Source of the DNA: a virus
Taxonomy: Duplodnaviria > Caudoviricetes
Direction: 5' to 3' (one strand)
DNA length: 34,632 nucleotides
IMG/VR virus record: IMGVR_UViG_3300020172_002577
Coordinates: 1 to 34,632 of that record
Part shown: piece by piece, positions 1 through 8,500 of the stretch
How the letters are laid out: each line of letters begins with the position of its first letter
How positions within the stretch are numbered: position 1 is the first letter of the stretch
Made by a program: the position numbers and the translations under genes
The notes under the pieces: generated by a model
Told to the model about the DNA's origin: nothing
What the model saw: only the letters and a program-made list of their open reading frames with translations
Database searches by the model: none

Positions 1-12
1 GCCCCCCTTTCG

Positions 13-21
13 TGCTACAAT
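13..21 (+). promoter_or_regulatory. Extended -10 sigma70-type (early) promoter, TG-c-TACAAT
   Basis: TGCTACAAT at 13-21, 27 nt upstream of the ATG at 49. The -35 region lies outside the window. Confidence 0.55.
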
Positions 22-48
22 TCTCTCAGTTCACAACCCAGACCGATC

Positions 49-234
49 ATGGCAATCTACTCTCAGTGCTCTGACCTCCAGACCCGCCAGACCATGTGGG
101 TCGCCCGCCCTTCTGACCTTGCCCCTCAGCGCACCTTTGCTGGACAGATCAACCCCGCTGAGGGCTGGTGGTGGGCAGGTTGCCACGCTGACCGCTACGC
201 TTCCGACGTTGTGGCGCCGCAGTTAGAGGGGTGA
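49..234 (+). CDS. Small hypothetical protein (61 aa), GC-rich early-region type
   Basis: ATG-to-TGA ORF behind an extended -10 motif, with C-ending codon bias (ATC, TAC, ACC, GAC, CGC). No recognisable family. Confidence 0.6.
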   Translation: MAIYSQCSDLQTRQTMWVARPSDLAPQRTFAGQINPAEGWWWAGCHADRYASDVVAPQLEG

Positions 235-240
235 CCTCCC

Positions 241-249
241 ATCCTAGCA
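241..249 (-). promoter_or_regulatory. Possible antisense extended -10 motif (TG-c-TAGGAT on the minus strand) pointing into ORF 49..234
   Basis: ATCCTAGCA at 241-249 has reverse complement TGCTAGGAT, mirroring TGCTACAAT at 13-21. Confidence 0.35.
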
Positions 250-252
250 CAC

Positions 253-276
253 GGGGGAGGCAGCAGTGCCCCCCCC
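253..276 (+). terminator. GC-rich stem-loop downstream of ORF 49..234 (terminator-like, no clear U-tract)
   Basis: GGGGGAGGCA-gcag-TGCCCCCCCC forms a 10-bp stem with one mismatch and a 4-nt loop. Confidence 0.4.
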
Positions 277-496
277 CCCTTATGGGTGTGTTCGTGCAGG
301 TGCAGGGTATGGTATAACGTTATCGTGATGGCGTGGCGCGTGATGGGGGGGGGGTATTATAAAACCCAATGGGTCCCCCTAGGCTACAAAGTGTTACGAA
401 AGCGAGCTCTTTTATACACTCGAAATCAAAAAATTTTTCCCCAATAAAAAGTTCTCATAAGGTTGATATATAAAAAAATAAAAAATATCACAAAGA

Positions 497-667
497 ATGA
501 GAAAAAAATCCGGAGAAGAAAAACGCCCCGTAGAGGTTGATCCAATTACTGGTGAGTATTCAATTAAACTGCCAGAATGGATGGTTAACGAACTTTCGTG
601 GTACGAAGACACAGAGATCACCTTTAATTTAGAGGGAAGTGAACTTATACTTTCAGAAACAGAATGA
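497..667 (+). CDS. AbrB/MazE/SpoVT-like small DNA-binding protein (56 aa; not in supplied track)
   Basis: Hand translation: MRKKSGEEKRPVEVDPITGEYSIKLPEWMVNELSWYEDTEITFNLEGSELILSETE. The pattern I-x-LP...L-x-W-x-E-D-x-x-I-x-F...G-x-x-LIL resembles the swapped-hairpin AbrB fold. Confidence 0.65.
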   Translation: MRKKSGEEKRPVEVDPITGEYSIKLPEWMVNELSWYEDTEITFNLEGSELILSETE

Positions 668-822
668 AAAAATATGATATCTATGTAAAAGATAGATGTA
701 TCTTTCATTCAGTAAATGAAAGTGAATTCAAAACGACTTGGAGCACTCTGAACATTATGGTCGGAATTATGAAGACAGAATATTGTTCAGAGGACCTCCA
801 TTATAAAGAAGTAGTTGATTGA
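664..822 (+). CDS. Small hypothetical protein (52 aa; not in supplied track)
   Basis: ATGA overlap with the preceding stop. Translation MKKYDIYVKDRCIFHSVNESEFKTTWSTLNIMVGIMKTEYCSEDLHYKEVVD; similar to 1627..1791. Confidence 0.7.
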   Translation: MKKYDIYVKDRCIFHSVNESEFKTTWSTLNIMVGIMKTEYCSEDLHYKEVVD

Positions 823-847
823 CAATCACTACATAATACTGTATGAT
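819..847 (+). promoter_or_regulatory. Sigma70-type promoter TTGACA-N17-TATGAT
   Basis: Perfect -35 TTGACA (819-824), 17-nt spacer, -10 TATGAT (842-847), 22 nt before the ATG at 870. Confidence 0.75.
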
Positions 848-869
848 ATGACTGAAAATTAATCAAGTT

Positions 870-1625
870 ATGACAAAAGGATTTACTGTAAAGGCAAAGA
901 GTCCAGTAGTCGCAAAAGAATCCGAATGGGACTACGACAGGGCAAGAGAAATGGTGCGGGGAAAGACGATTGTATTCTGTCTTCCTGGACGTGGTGTTTC
1001 GTATACGTATCTGAAAAACTTTGTACAACTTTGTTTTGAACTAGTACAAGCAGGTGCAAGTATTCAGATCTCACAAGATTATAGTTCGATGGTGAACTTT
1101 GCACGTTGTAAGTGTCTGGGTGCAAATGTTCTGCGTGGTCCTGATCAAAAACCTTGGGACGGTAAACTGAACTATGATTGGCAACTGTGGATTGATAGTG
1201 ATATCGTCTTCAATACCGAAAAGTTCTGGCAACTGGTTCTAATGGATCAAGATATTGCTGCTGGTTGGTATTGTACAGAAGATGGTATGACGACTTCTGT
1301 TGCACACTGGTTGGATGAAGATGATTTCAGAGGTAATGGTGGTGTGATGAATCACGAAACTCTGGAAAGCATTCAGAAGCGTCGGAAACCATTTACCGTC
1401 GATTACACTGGTTTTGGTTGGGTTCTGATCAAGAACGGTGTATTCGAACATCAAGAGATGAAGTATCCTTGGTTTGCACCGAAGATGCAGGTCTTTGAAT
1501 CTGGTGAAGTTCAAGACATGTGTGGAGAAGATGTATCCTTCTGTTTGGATGCAAAAGAAGCTGGCTTTGAAATCTGGTGCGATCCTCGTATTCGCGTCGG
1601 TCACGAAAAAACAAGAGTCATCTAA
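870..1625 (+). CDS. GT-A fold (family 2-like) glycosyltransferase-like protein
   Basis: DxD motif in LWIDSDIVF, plus TGFGWVLIK and the C-terminal GEDVSFC...GFEIWCDPRIRVGHEK typical of GT2-like phage proteins. Confidence 0.7.
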   Translation: MTKGFTVKAKSPVVAKESEWDYDRAREMVRGKTIVFCLPGRGVSYTYLKNFVQLCFELVQAGASIQISQDYSSMVNFARCKCLGANVLRGPDQKPWDGKLNYDWQLWIDSDIVFNTEKFWQLVLMDQDIAAGWYCTEDGMTTSVAHWLDEDDFRGNGGVMNHETLESIQKRRKPFTVDYTGFGWVLIKNGVFEHQEMKYPWFAPKMQVFESGEVQDMCGEDVSFCLDAKEAGFEIWCDPRIRVGHEKTRVI

Positions 1626-1626
1626 A

Positions 1627-1791
1627 ATGGCACAAGAGCGGTATAATATTCTCTGTAAGGGTCGGAAAATTTATCAAAACCTTACAGAGGAAGAATACTT
1701 CGATACTATGGAGAATCTGTCGGAACAGTTTTATGAGACAGGTTCTCCAAACCCAAGCGAACTTGAAACTGAAATTTATTTGGAGAATTAA
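1627..1791 (+). CDS. Small hypothetical protein (54 aa)
   Basis: ATG 1 nt after the upstream stop. Translation MAQERYNILCKGRKIYQNLTEEEYFDTMENLSEQFYETGSPNPSELETEIYLEN, the 3' part of track ORF 1474..1791. Confidence 0.75.
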   Translation: MAQERYNILCKGRKIYQNLTEEEYFDTMENLSEQFYETGSPNPSELETEIYLEN

Positions 1792-1794
1792 ACA

Positions 1795-1950
1795 ATGGCT
1801 GCAAAATCCACTGGTGGTCTGAACAAAAGAACGTCTTATATTCCGGGTCCTCCCAAAAAGTCTCGCCAAGGCGATGGTATGGGAACCAAATATGCCGCGT
1901 CTTCTCGCAATGGCGCTCGTAAAAAGTATAGAGGACAAGGCAAAGGATGA
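1795..1950 (+). CDS. Small highly basic Gly/Lys/Arg-rich protein (51 aa; not in supplied track)
   Basis: MAAKSTGGLNKRTSYIPGPPKKSRQGDGMGTKYAASSRNGARKKYRGQGKG fills the gap exactly, with an ATGA overlap into the next gene. Confidence 0.75.
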   Translation: MAAKSTGGLNKRTSYIPGPPKKSRQGDGMGTKYAASSRNGARKKYRGQGKG

Positions 1951-2540
1951 GTTACTTCCTGGATGGAAATGATGAATGGAATAATATACATCCATCAGAC
2001 CTCTGGGTTTATAATAAATTATTTTTAAGTCGGATTTTAGGATATAAATGTGGTCCAGTTGGAACCACTGTTCCTAAGTCCGATTTTTATATTGTTCGCC
2101 CATCTTTCAATTTACTTGGTCTTGGGCGTTTTGCTCGTAAAGAATGGATTGAACTTTATACCGATCATATACATCCTGCCGAATTTTGGTGTGAAATTTT
2201 CAAAGGTGAACACCTAAGTGTTGATTTTTATCAAAAAAAATCAAACCTTGTGGTTGTCGGTACTCGTGATTCAGAAGATCCTTACTATAAGTGGAAAAAA
2301 TGGGAAAAAATTGATAAGAATGTGAATTTTCCAGAAGTTTTAACTGAACTAAAAGGTGATTATGACTGGATTAACTGTGAATTTATCGATGGTCATCTTA
2401 TAGAAGTTCATTTTCGTAGAAATCCCGACTTTCGTTATGGAAACTCGGTTGCAATTCCAGTTTGGGATGATGAAAAAATAGAAAATATGAAGTTCATTAA
2501 GGATTCTGAGTATTTTCGTAAGGGTTTTTACGTAGAATAA
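1947..2540 (+). CDS. Hypothetical protein, probable divergent ATP-grasp fold
   Basis: Motifs in ATP-grasp order: YIVRPSFNLLGLG, FWCEIFKGEHLSVD, INCEFIDGHLIEVHFR (compare IEVNPR). Confidence 0.55.
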   Translation: MSYFLDGNDEWNNIHPSDLWVYNKLFLSRILGYKCGPVGTTVPKSDFYIVRPSFNLLGLGRFARKEWIELYTDHIHPAEFWCEIFKGEHLSVDFYQKKSNLVVVGTRDSEDPYYKWKKWEKIDKNVNFPEVLTELKGDYDWINCEFIDGHLIEVHFRRNPDFRYGNSVAIPVWDDEKIENMKFIKDSEYFRKGFYVE

Positions 2541-2543
2541 ATA
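2537..2543 (+). promoter_or_regulatory. T4-like late promoter (ATAAATA)
   Basis: Matches the gp55-type TATAAATA core, overlaps the upstream stop and lies just before speD. Confidence 0.55.
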
Positions 2544-2562
2544 AATTTTTTAAGAAATTGAG

Positions 2563-2904
2563 TTGAAAAAATATTCGATGGGCAAGCACCTGCTCTTAGA
2601 GGTGTATGATGTTGATTTTGAAGCGATTAATGATGTAGAATCGCTTCAAAATGCAATGATCAGTGGCATAAACCGCGCCAATATGACCATTTTGAACGTG
2701 TTTTCACACTGTTTTCTTCCACAAGGGTGTACAGTCGTGATTGCGCTTGCGGAAAGTCACGTTTCTTGCCATACTTGGCCAGAAAATGGGTGTCTGGCAG
2801 TAGATGTCTACACTTGTGGAGAAGGAAATCCACGTTTAATCGCCCTAGAAATCCTAAAATACCTTAATTCAGACTCATATTCTCTACGCGAAGTCAATCG
2901 TTAA
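2563..2904 (+). CDS. speD: S-adenosylmethionine decarboxylase proenzyme (pyruvoyl-dependent, class 1B)
   Basis: MGKHLLLEVYD N-terminus, PQGCTVVIALAESHVSCHTWPE with the E-S self-cleavage site, and AVDVYTCG. The start is either TTG 2563 or ATG 2578. Confidence 0.92.
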   Translation: MKKYSMGKHLLLEVYDVDFEAINDVESLQNAMISGINRANMTILNVFSHCFLPQGCTVVIALAESHVSCHTWPENGCLAVDVYTCGEGNPRLIALEILKYLNSDSYSLREVNR

Positions 2905-2907
2905 ATA
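2901..2907 (+). promoter_or_regulatory. T4-like late promoter (TTAAATA)
   Basis: TAAATA core overlapping the speD stop codon, upstream of a structured leader. Confidence 0.5.
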
Positions 2908-2910
2908 GAC

Positions 2911-2968
2911 ATAAGGAGATAGCAACCTCCTTTATAAAAGTTCTGTTTTATTCATTAAAACAGGAGCT
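2911..2968 (+). promoter_or_regulatory. Two-hairpin 5' leader occluding the Shine-Dalgarno of 2972..3214
   Basis: Hairpin 1: AAGGAG(2913-2918)/CTCCTT(2927-2932). Hairpin 2: CTGTTTTA(2943-2950)/TAAAACAG(2956-2963), extendable over AGGAG(2962-2966). Confidence 0.5.
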
Positions 2969-2971
2969 AAA

Positions 2972-3214
2972 ATGTCCAATTTACCAGTTGATAGAGACTC
3001 AAACTACATGTATCAGATGTGGGGAACCACAAAACTAGCAAGTGATTATGATGGTTTGGAGAAAAAAAGAGTGATTCAAGAAGTCATGCACGATGTTGCG
3101 CCTAGGCATGATCTAAAAAAACAAGAAGAACTACACGAAAAGATTCGTAATGATGAAGATTATGACGATTGGAACTATGGAACGGAACCAACTTATGGAA
3201 TTCCATGGAAATGA
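2972..3214 (+). CDS. Hypothetical acidic protein (80 aa)
   Basis: Strong SD (AGGAG) 5 nt before the ATG; lies directly upstream of gp25. Confidence 0.8.
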   Translation: MSNLPVDRDSNYMYQMWGTTKLASDYDGLEKKRVIQEVMHDVAPRHDLKKQEELHEKIRNDEDYDDWNYGTEPTYGIPWK

Positions 3215-3217
3215 CGA

Positions 3218-3224
3218 ATAAATA
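3218..3224 (+). promoter_or_regulatory. T4-like late promoter (ATAAATA) for gp25
   Basis: Intergenic ATAAATA 22 nt upstream of the gp25 ATG. Confidence 0.65.
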
Positions 3225-3246
3225 ATCTGAGAAAATCTATATCTCA

Positions 3247-3645
3247 ATGGCAGTCACACGAATATCCAGAGGATTTAAAGATATCAGTTTCTCTTTTGAT
3301 CCACATCCTGTGACAAAAGATCTACCCGTTTTAACCAATGAGAGAGCAATCTCAAGATCTGTTCGTAATTTAGTGGAAACTAACTTAACGGAGAGATTTT
3401 TTAATCCATATATTGGGTCTAATGTACGCAGATCACTATTTGAATTTGTTGATTATGGTACTGCATCTGCAATTGAAGATCAAATTATAACTGCCATTGG
3501 GAACTTTGAACCAAGAGTTAATAATGTTCGGGTCGAGGTCGAACCAAGACCTGATGAAAACTCATTTGAAGTGATGGTCTTTTTTGATATTATTGGAGAA
3601 ACTTTAAGACAACAATTTTCATTCTTATTAGAGGCAACAAGATAA
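3247..3645 (+). CDS. gp25: Baseplate wedge subunit gp25
   Basis: FKDISFSF..HPVTKDL, ERFFNPYIGS and IGNFEPRV (gp25/GPW family); immediately precedes gp6. Confidence 0.92.
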   Translation: MAVTRISRGFKDISFSFDPHPVTKDLPVLTNERAISRSVRNLVETNLTERFFNPYIGSNVRRSLFEFVDYGTASAIEDQIITAIGNFEPRVNNVRVEVEPRPDENSFEVMVFFDIIGETLRQQFSFLLEATR

Positions 3646-3646
3646 A

Positions 3647-5572
3647 ATGCCTTTTACACAGTTTACGAATCTAGATTTCGATCAAATTAAAACTCAAATC
3701 AAGAGTTATCTCCGTGCTAATTCAAATTTCACGGATTTTGATTTTGAGGGATCAAACTTTTCTGTGCTGATTGATACATTAGCATATAATACTTATATTA
3801 CAGCATTTAACTCTAATATGATCGTGAATGAATCCTTTTTGGATTCTGCCGTATTAAGAGAAAATGTTGTCTCTCTCGCAAGAAATATTGGGTACGTACC
3901 ACGTTCCAGAAGCGCCGCTAGGGCATCTATTACCTTTGATGTGCAAACTGATACCACAAGTCCTTTCCTCACTCTACAAGCGGGTCTGGTGTGTGTTGGG
4001 GCGTTTAATGACACATCATATCGCTTTTCAATTTCGGAAGATATCACAACGACTGTTAGGGATGGTGTTGCTAGATTTGGATCATCTTCTACACCAATTC
4101 TAGTTTATCAGGGAACTTATCTTACAAAACAGTGGACAGTTGATAAGTCACAAGATCAAAGATTCCTTCTCGAGAATCCTGGTATTGATACCTCTAAAAT
4201 TGTTGTATATGTAAAAGGTATTAATGATAGTGGTCTTGGAAGAGAATATTTTAAAGTTGATAATATTTTAAATATCAATAAGAATTCTGAAATTTATTTG
4301 ATTCAAGAAGTTCAGGATGAAAAGTATGAACTTCTTTTCGGTGATGGGTATTTTGGTAAAGAACTTGAAAATAATGCAGTAATCACAGCAAGATACATTG
4401 TAACAGAGGGTACAGATGGAAATGGACCATCTGGATTTGCTTTTCAAGGTAACTTTGTTGATGCATCAAATATAAGAGTTATTCCATCAACACGTGTTAC
4501 AGTTAATACTATTGATAGAGCTAGAAATGGTGGAGATATTGAACCAGTTTCATCTGTAAAATATTTTGCCCCAAGATTATATTCTGCACAGTACAGAGCA
4601 GTCACTGCAAGAGATTATGAAGCGATTATACAATCAGTTTATCCAAACACAGAATCTGTAGCAGTTGTTGGTGGAGAAGAATTAAATCCTCCTCAGTTTG
4701 GAACGGTTCAGATCAGTATTAAACCAAAAAATGGATCATATGTTTCTGATTTTGATAAACAAAGTATTCTATCAAAGTTAAAGCAATATTCTATTTCTGG
4801 TATTAATCAAAAAATAGTTGATCTTAAAATTCTTTATATTGAGATTGATAGTTCCGTTTACTATAACTCAAATCAAGTTTCGAATGTTGATGAATTAAAA
4901 ACATTAATTACTAATTCATTAACAGATTATTCTAAAAATATTGATATTAACCGGTTTGGTGGAAGATTTAAGTATAGTAAAATACTTCAATTAATTGATA
5001 GAGTTGACTCAGCAATTACTTCTAACATTACAAAGGTTAAAATTAGAAGAGATATGAAAGCTCTTGTGAATCAATTTGCACAATATGAATTATGTTTTGG
5101 TAATCGTTTTCATATCAATCCACAGGGATATAACATAAAGAGTACTGGTTTCACAGTACAAGGTTCTAATGATGTTGTTTATTTCACAGATGTTCCAAAT
5201 AAGGACGCAAGTGGAAATCTTGATGGAAGTGGTAAAGGTATTCTAGCGGTTATTCGACAAACAGATAGAGGACAAAACCAAGTTGTTTTAAAGTCTATTG
5301 GAACTGTGGATTACAGCACGGGAGAAATATTAGTTAATACGATTAATATTACTTCTACTATTGCTGACAATGAAATTATCGAGGTTCAAGCATTTCCAGA
5401 ATCAAATGATATTGTTGGATTGAAAGATTTGTATCTAAATTTTAGCGTTTCCAATAGCAAGATAAATATGCTTAAGGATGTTATTGCCTCCGGAGAGGAA
5501 ATCTCTGGGGTTACTTTTACAAGAGATTATTACACTTCAAGTTATTCTAACGGAGAAATCGAGAGGAAATAA
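3647..5572 (+). CDS. gp6: Baseplate wedge subunit gp6
   Basis: LDFDQIK..., DFDFEGS, NESFLDSA.LRENVVSLARNIGYVPRS, YELLFGDG and Q.RAVTARDYE are gp6 hallmarks; length 641 aa. Confidence 0.95.
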   Translation: MPFTQFTNLDFDQIKTQIKSYLRANSNFTDFDFEGSNFSVLIDTLAYNTYITAFNSNMIVNESFLDSAVLRENVVSLARNIGYVPRSRSAARASITFDVQTDTTSPFLTLQAGLVCVGAFNDTSYRFSISEDITTTVRDGVARFGSSSTPILVYQGTYLTKQWTVDKSQDQRFLLENPGIDTSKIVVYVKGINDSGLGREYFKVDNILNINKNSEIYLIQEVQDEKYELLFGDGYFGKELENNAVITARYIVTEGTDGNGPSGFAFQGNFVDASNIRVIPSTRVTVNTIDRARNGGDIEPVSSVKYFAPRLYSAQYRAVTARDYEAIIQSVYPNTESVAVVGGEELNPPQFGTVQISIKPKNGSYVSDFDKQSILSKLKQYSISGINQKIVDLKILYIEIDSSVYYNSNQVSNVDELKTLITNSLTDYSKNIDINRFGGRFKYSKILQLIDRVDSAITSNITKVKIRRDMKALVNQFAQYELCFGNRFHINPQGYNIKSTGFTVQGSNDVVYFTDVPNKDASGNLDGSGKGILAVIRQTDRGQNQVVLKSIGTVDYSTGEILVNTINITSTIADNEIIEVQAFPESNDIVGLKDLYLNFSVSNSKINMLKDVIASGEEISGVTFTRDYYTSSYSNGEIERK

Positions 5573-5575
5573 AAT

Positions 5576-8500
5576 ATGTCGAATTTTGAGAAGAGAGTAC
5601 AGATCAATAAAATTATTGATAGTCAACTTCCAGAATTTTTAGTTTCTGATTTTCCAAAAGCAACTGAATTCTTTAAGCAGTACTATATTTCTGAGGAATT
5701 TCAAGGAGGAAACGTAGATCTTGCTGACAATTTAGATCAGTATTTGAAACTTGATAATCTTGTTCCAGAAGTTATTGTCGGACAAACGACATTAACCGAT
5801 AATGTTTCAGCATCTGCTGGAATTGTTACCGTTACATCAACCAAAGGATTTCCATCAGAGTATGGACTTTTAAAAATAGATGATGAAATTATTACATATA
5901 CTGGAATAACCACAAACACATTTACTGGATGTATTCGTGGATTTAGTGGAGTTACTGGGTATAACTACCTTTCTAGTTTTGATATTGATGAAAATTCTAA
6001 TAAGCAATCCTTAGTATTTGAGGATACTGTATCAGAAAGTCATATTTCAGGCTCAGTTGTAAAAAATCTGAGTGTTTTGTTTTTACAGGAGTTCTATAAA
6101 AAATTAAAATATACATTTACTCCTGGTTTAGAAAATCTTGATTTTGTTTCCGATTTAGATGTAGGAAACTTTATTAAACATGCAAGAGATTTTTATCAGT
6201 CAAAAGGAACGGAAGAAGCTGTTAAAATTCTGTTTAAGGTTTTATATGGAGTAGATGCTCAGGTAATTGATTTGGAAGGTAGGTTAATTAAACCATCTTC
6301 TGCAAATTATGTTCGCAGAGAAGTTGTTACTGCCAAAAATATTTCAGGAGATCCTCTCAATTTAGAGGGTCAAACTATATTTAAATCTACTGATCCCAAT
6401 ACAAATGCTGCGGTTTCAAATGTAGAAATATTTACAAGAGATCTTGAAACTTTTTATAAGTTAGAGTTATTTGTTGGATATGATGAAAGAGATTTAATTG
6501 AAGGTATTTTCACTGTTCCAGGAAAAACACGGATACTTGAAGACGTATCGATTGGATCTCCTGTAATTTCAGTTGACTCTACAATTGGATTTCCAGAATC
6601 TGGAACATTGAATTTAATATCCGATGGTAATTCAATAAAATACACATCAAAGTCAGTTAATCAGTTTTTTGGATGCACAGGAATCAATTCAAGTATTCCA
6701 CTAGGGTCTGAAATTAGATCTGACGAAACAATTTATGGTTATGAAAATGGAGATACTGGCAAAAGAGTTGATTTAAGAATTACTGGGGTAATTTCAGATT
6801 TTGTAGAGATTGATGATAGTTCCTTATTAGATGAAGGTGAAGAGATATCTGTCAGAAATCTTGGAGAAATTATTGAGAATCCTGCAAATAATGAAAAAAA
6901 TTATAAGGAAGTATTTGCAAATAGTTGGATTTATAATACTAGCACAAGATATCAAGTAAAATCTATAAGTGGTTCAACTTTTACAGTTTACAGTAATATT
7001 GATAAGTCAAGCCTTAGTGTTGGAGATACAATTGATATCTTATTTGGATATAGTAACAATATTGCTTTTTCAAATGCAACAATAACAGATATTAATACCT
7101 CACTTAATCAAATTATTTTGAGTGGCATAAGTGGATTTACACCAGATCCACTTTTAGAATATGATATAAGAAGAAAACTAAAAAAATCTAGAAGTCTAAA
7201 CGTAGATATTGTAAATGGCAATGACACATACATTGCAAATGTATTGAATGTTTATACTAATAATAGTGATGGTTATGTTGCGTCAAACTCTTTACCATCA
7301 TATACTATTAATGATGAATTAATAGAGTCTTCATTACCTTCTGGAACATCAACTTATCTTGGCAATTATAATTCCACTCTTCAAGCATATTCTAGTATAA
7401 AATTCCCATCAAGTGTAAAATTTATTGATGGTGATCAAGTAGTATATACTTCTTCTAATCCATTAAAAGGATTGTCTTCTGGATCAAAATATTATGTAAG
7501 ATTGATTGCAAGTAATGAGATTAGACTGTATGAATCCAAATCTCTTTTAACTAGTTCAGAGTATGTATTTTTTGAAGAAAATTTAAATCCAGCAACTCAT
7601 AGATTTACTTTATCAAAGCAAGAAAGTAGATCTATATCGGCAAATAAGATTATGAGGAAGTTCCCACTAAACCAAGTGAGAACAAATCCAAAAGAAGATG
7701 TAAGAAGATCCATTGATACTTTATCAGGAGGTATTGGAATTCTGGTAGATGGTGTTGAAATTACTAATCCAGAGTCAATTGATAAAATTTATTATGGGCC
7801 ATTAAAACAGTTTGATGTTTTAAATGGTGGAAATAATTACGATGCTATCAATCCACCTAGAATTATTATATCTACCGGTGCCGGAACTACTGCTCTAGTT
7901 GATCCAATAATTAGTGGCACTGTTAAAGATATTTTTGTAGATCCACAAGACTTTGATATTGAAGATGTACTTTCACTATCATTGACTGGGGGTAATGGTT
8001 CTGGGTGTGCTCTTGAACCTGTAATTGGAGAAAGATTTAGAGAAGTTCAATTTGATAGTAGATCTCTCAATGTTGGTGGTGGGATAGATCTCAATGATGA
8101 AACTATTACATTTTTAACCCCACATAATTTTTATGATGGTGAGCCAATAATTTACAATCAAAATGGAAATAGTGCTATATTAACCGGTGCTTTTCAAGAT
8201 ATTACTAATACACCAACTGGGGCATTAGTTAGTGGCGATCAATATATTGCTAAATTTGTTAATACTAGAACTATTAAACTTTTTAATACTAGTAATGATT
8301 ACTTTGCCGGAATCAATACCGTTGGATTTTCAACTTCAACAACTTTTGGTGGTATTCATAAATTTAGAACACTACCGAAAAGAACACTAAGATCTGTTAA
8401 AGTTTTAAATGGTGGATCTGGATATACATACAGAAAATTAAGAGTTAGTTCTTCTGGAATATCCACAGAATACAACTTCATTTCATATCAAAATCATGGA

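Larger units (their letters stand above)
235..496. other. Structured non-coding region at the GC-rich/AT-rich boundary (candidate origin, terminus or ncRNA)
   Basis: C11 run at 269-279, G10 run at 345-354, palindrome ATAACGTTAT at 314-323, direct repeats CGTGATGG (324, 339) and GTGCAGG (294, 300), ACCCAATGGGT at 364-374, then A/T tracts from ~428. Confidence 0.4.

Noticed and set aside
269-354. C11/G10 homopolymers as phase-variation tracts
   Set aside because: They lie outside any credible CDS, and run lengths may be sequencing-sensitive; kept only as part of the structured region.
412-708. Minus-strand 98-aa ORF
   Set aside because: Antisense shadow of two better plus-strand genes (497..667 and 664..822) that are coupled by an ATGA overlap.
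497-822. Type II toxin-antitoxin pair
   Set aside because: The second ORF is only 52 aa, lacks MazF/PIN/RelE motifs and instead resembles 1627..1791.
1474-1626. N-terminal extension of track ORF 1474..1791
   Set aside because: It overlaps the glycosyltransferase-like gene out of frame; ATG 1627 right after that stop is the natural start.
801-1995. Minus-strand ORFs 801..1028, 883..1125, 1239..1604, 1429..1614 and 1618..1995, and plus-strand 1577..1822
   Set aside because: All overlap a tightly packed plus-strand gene series and show no motifs or RBS support.
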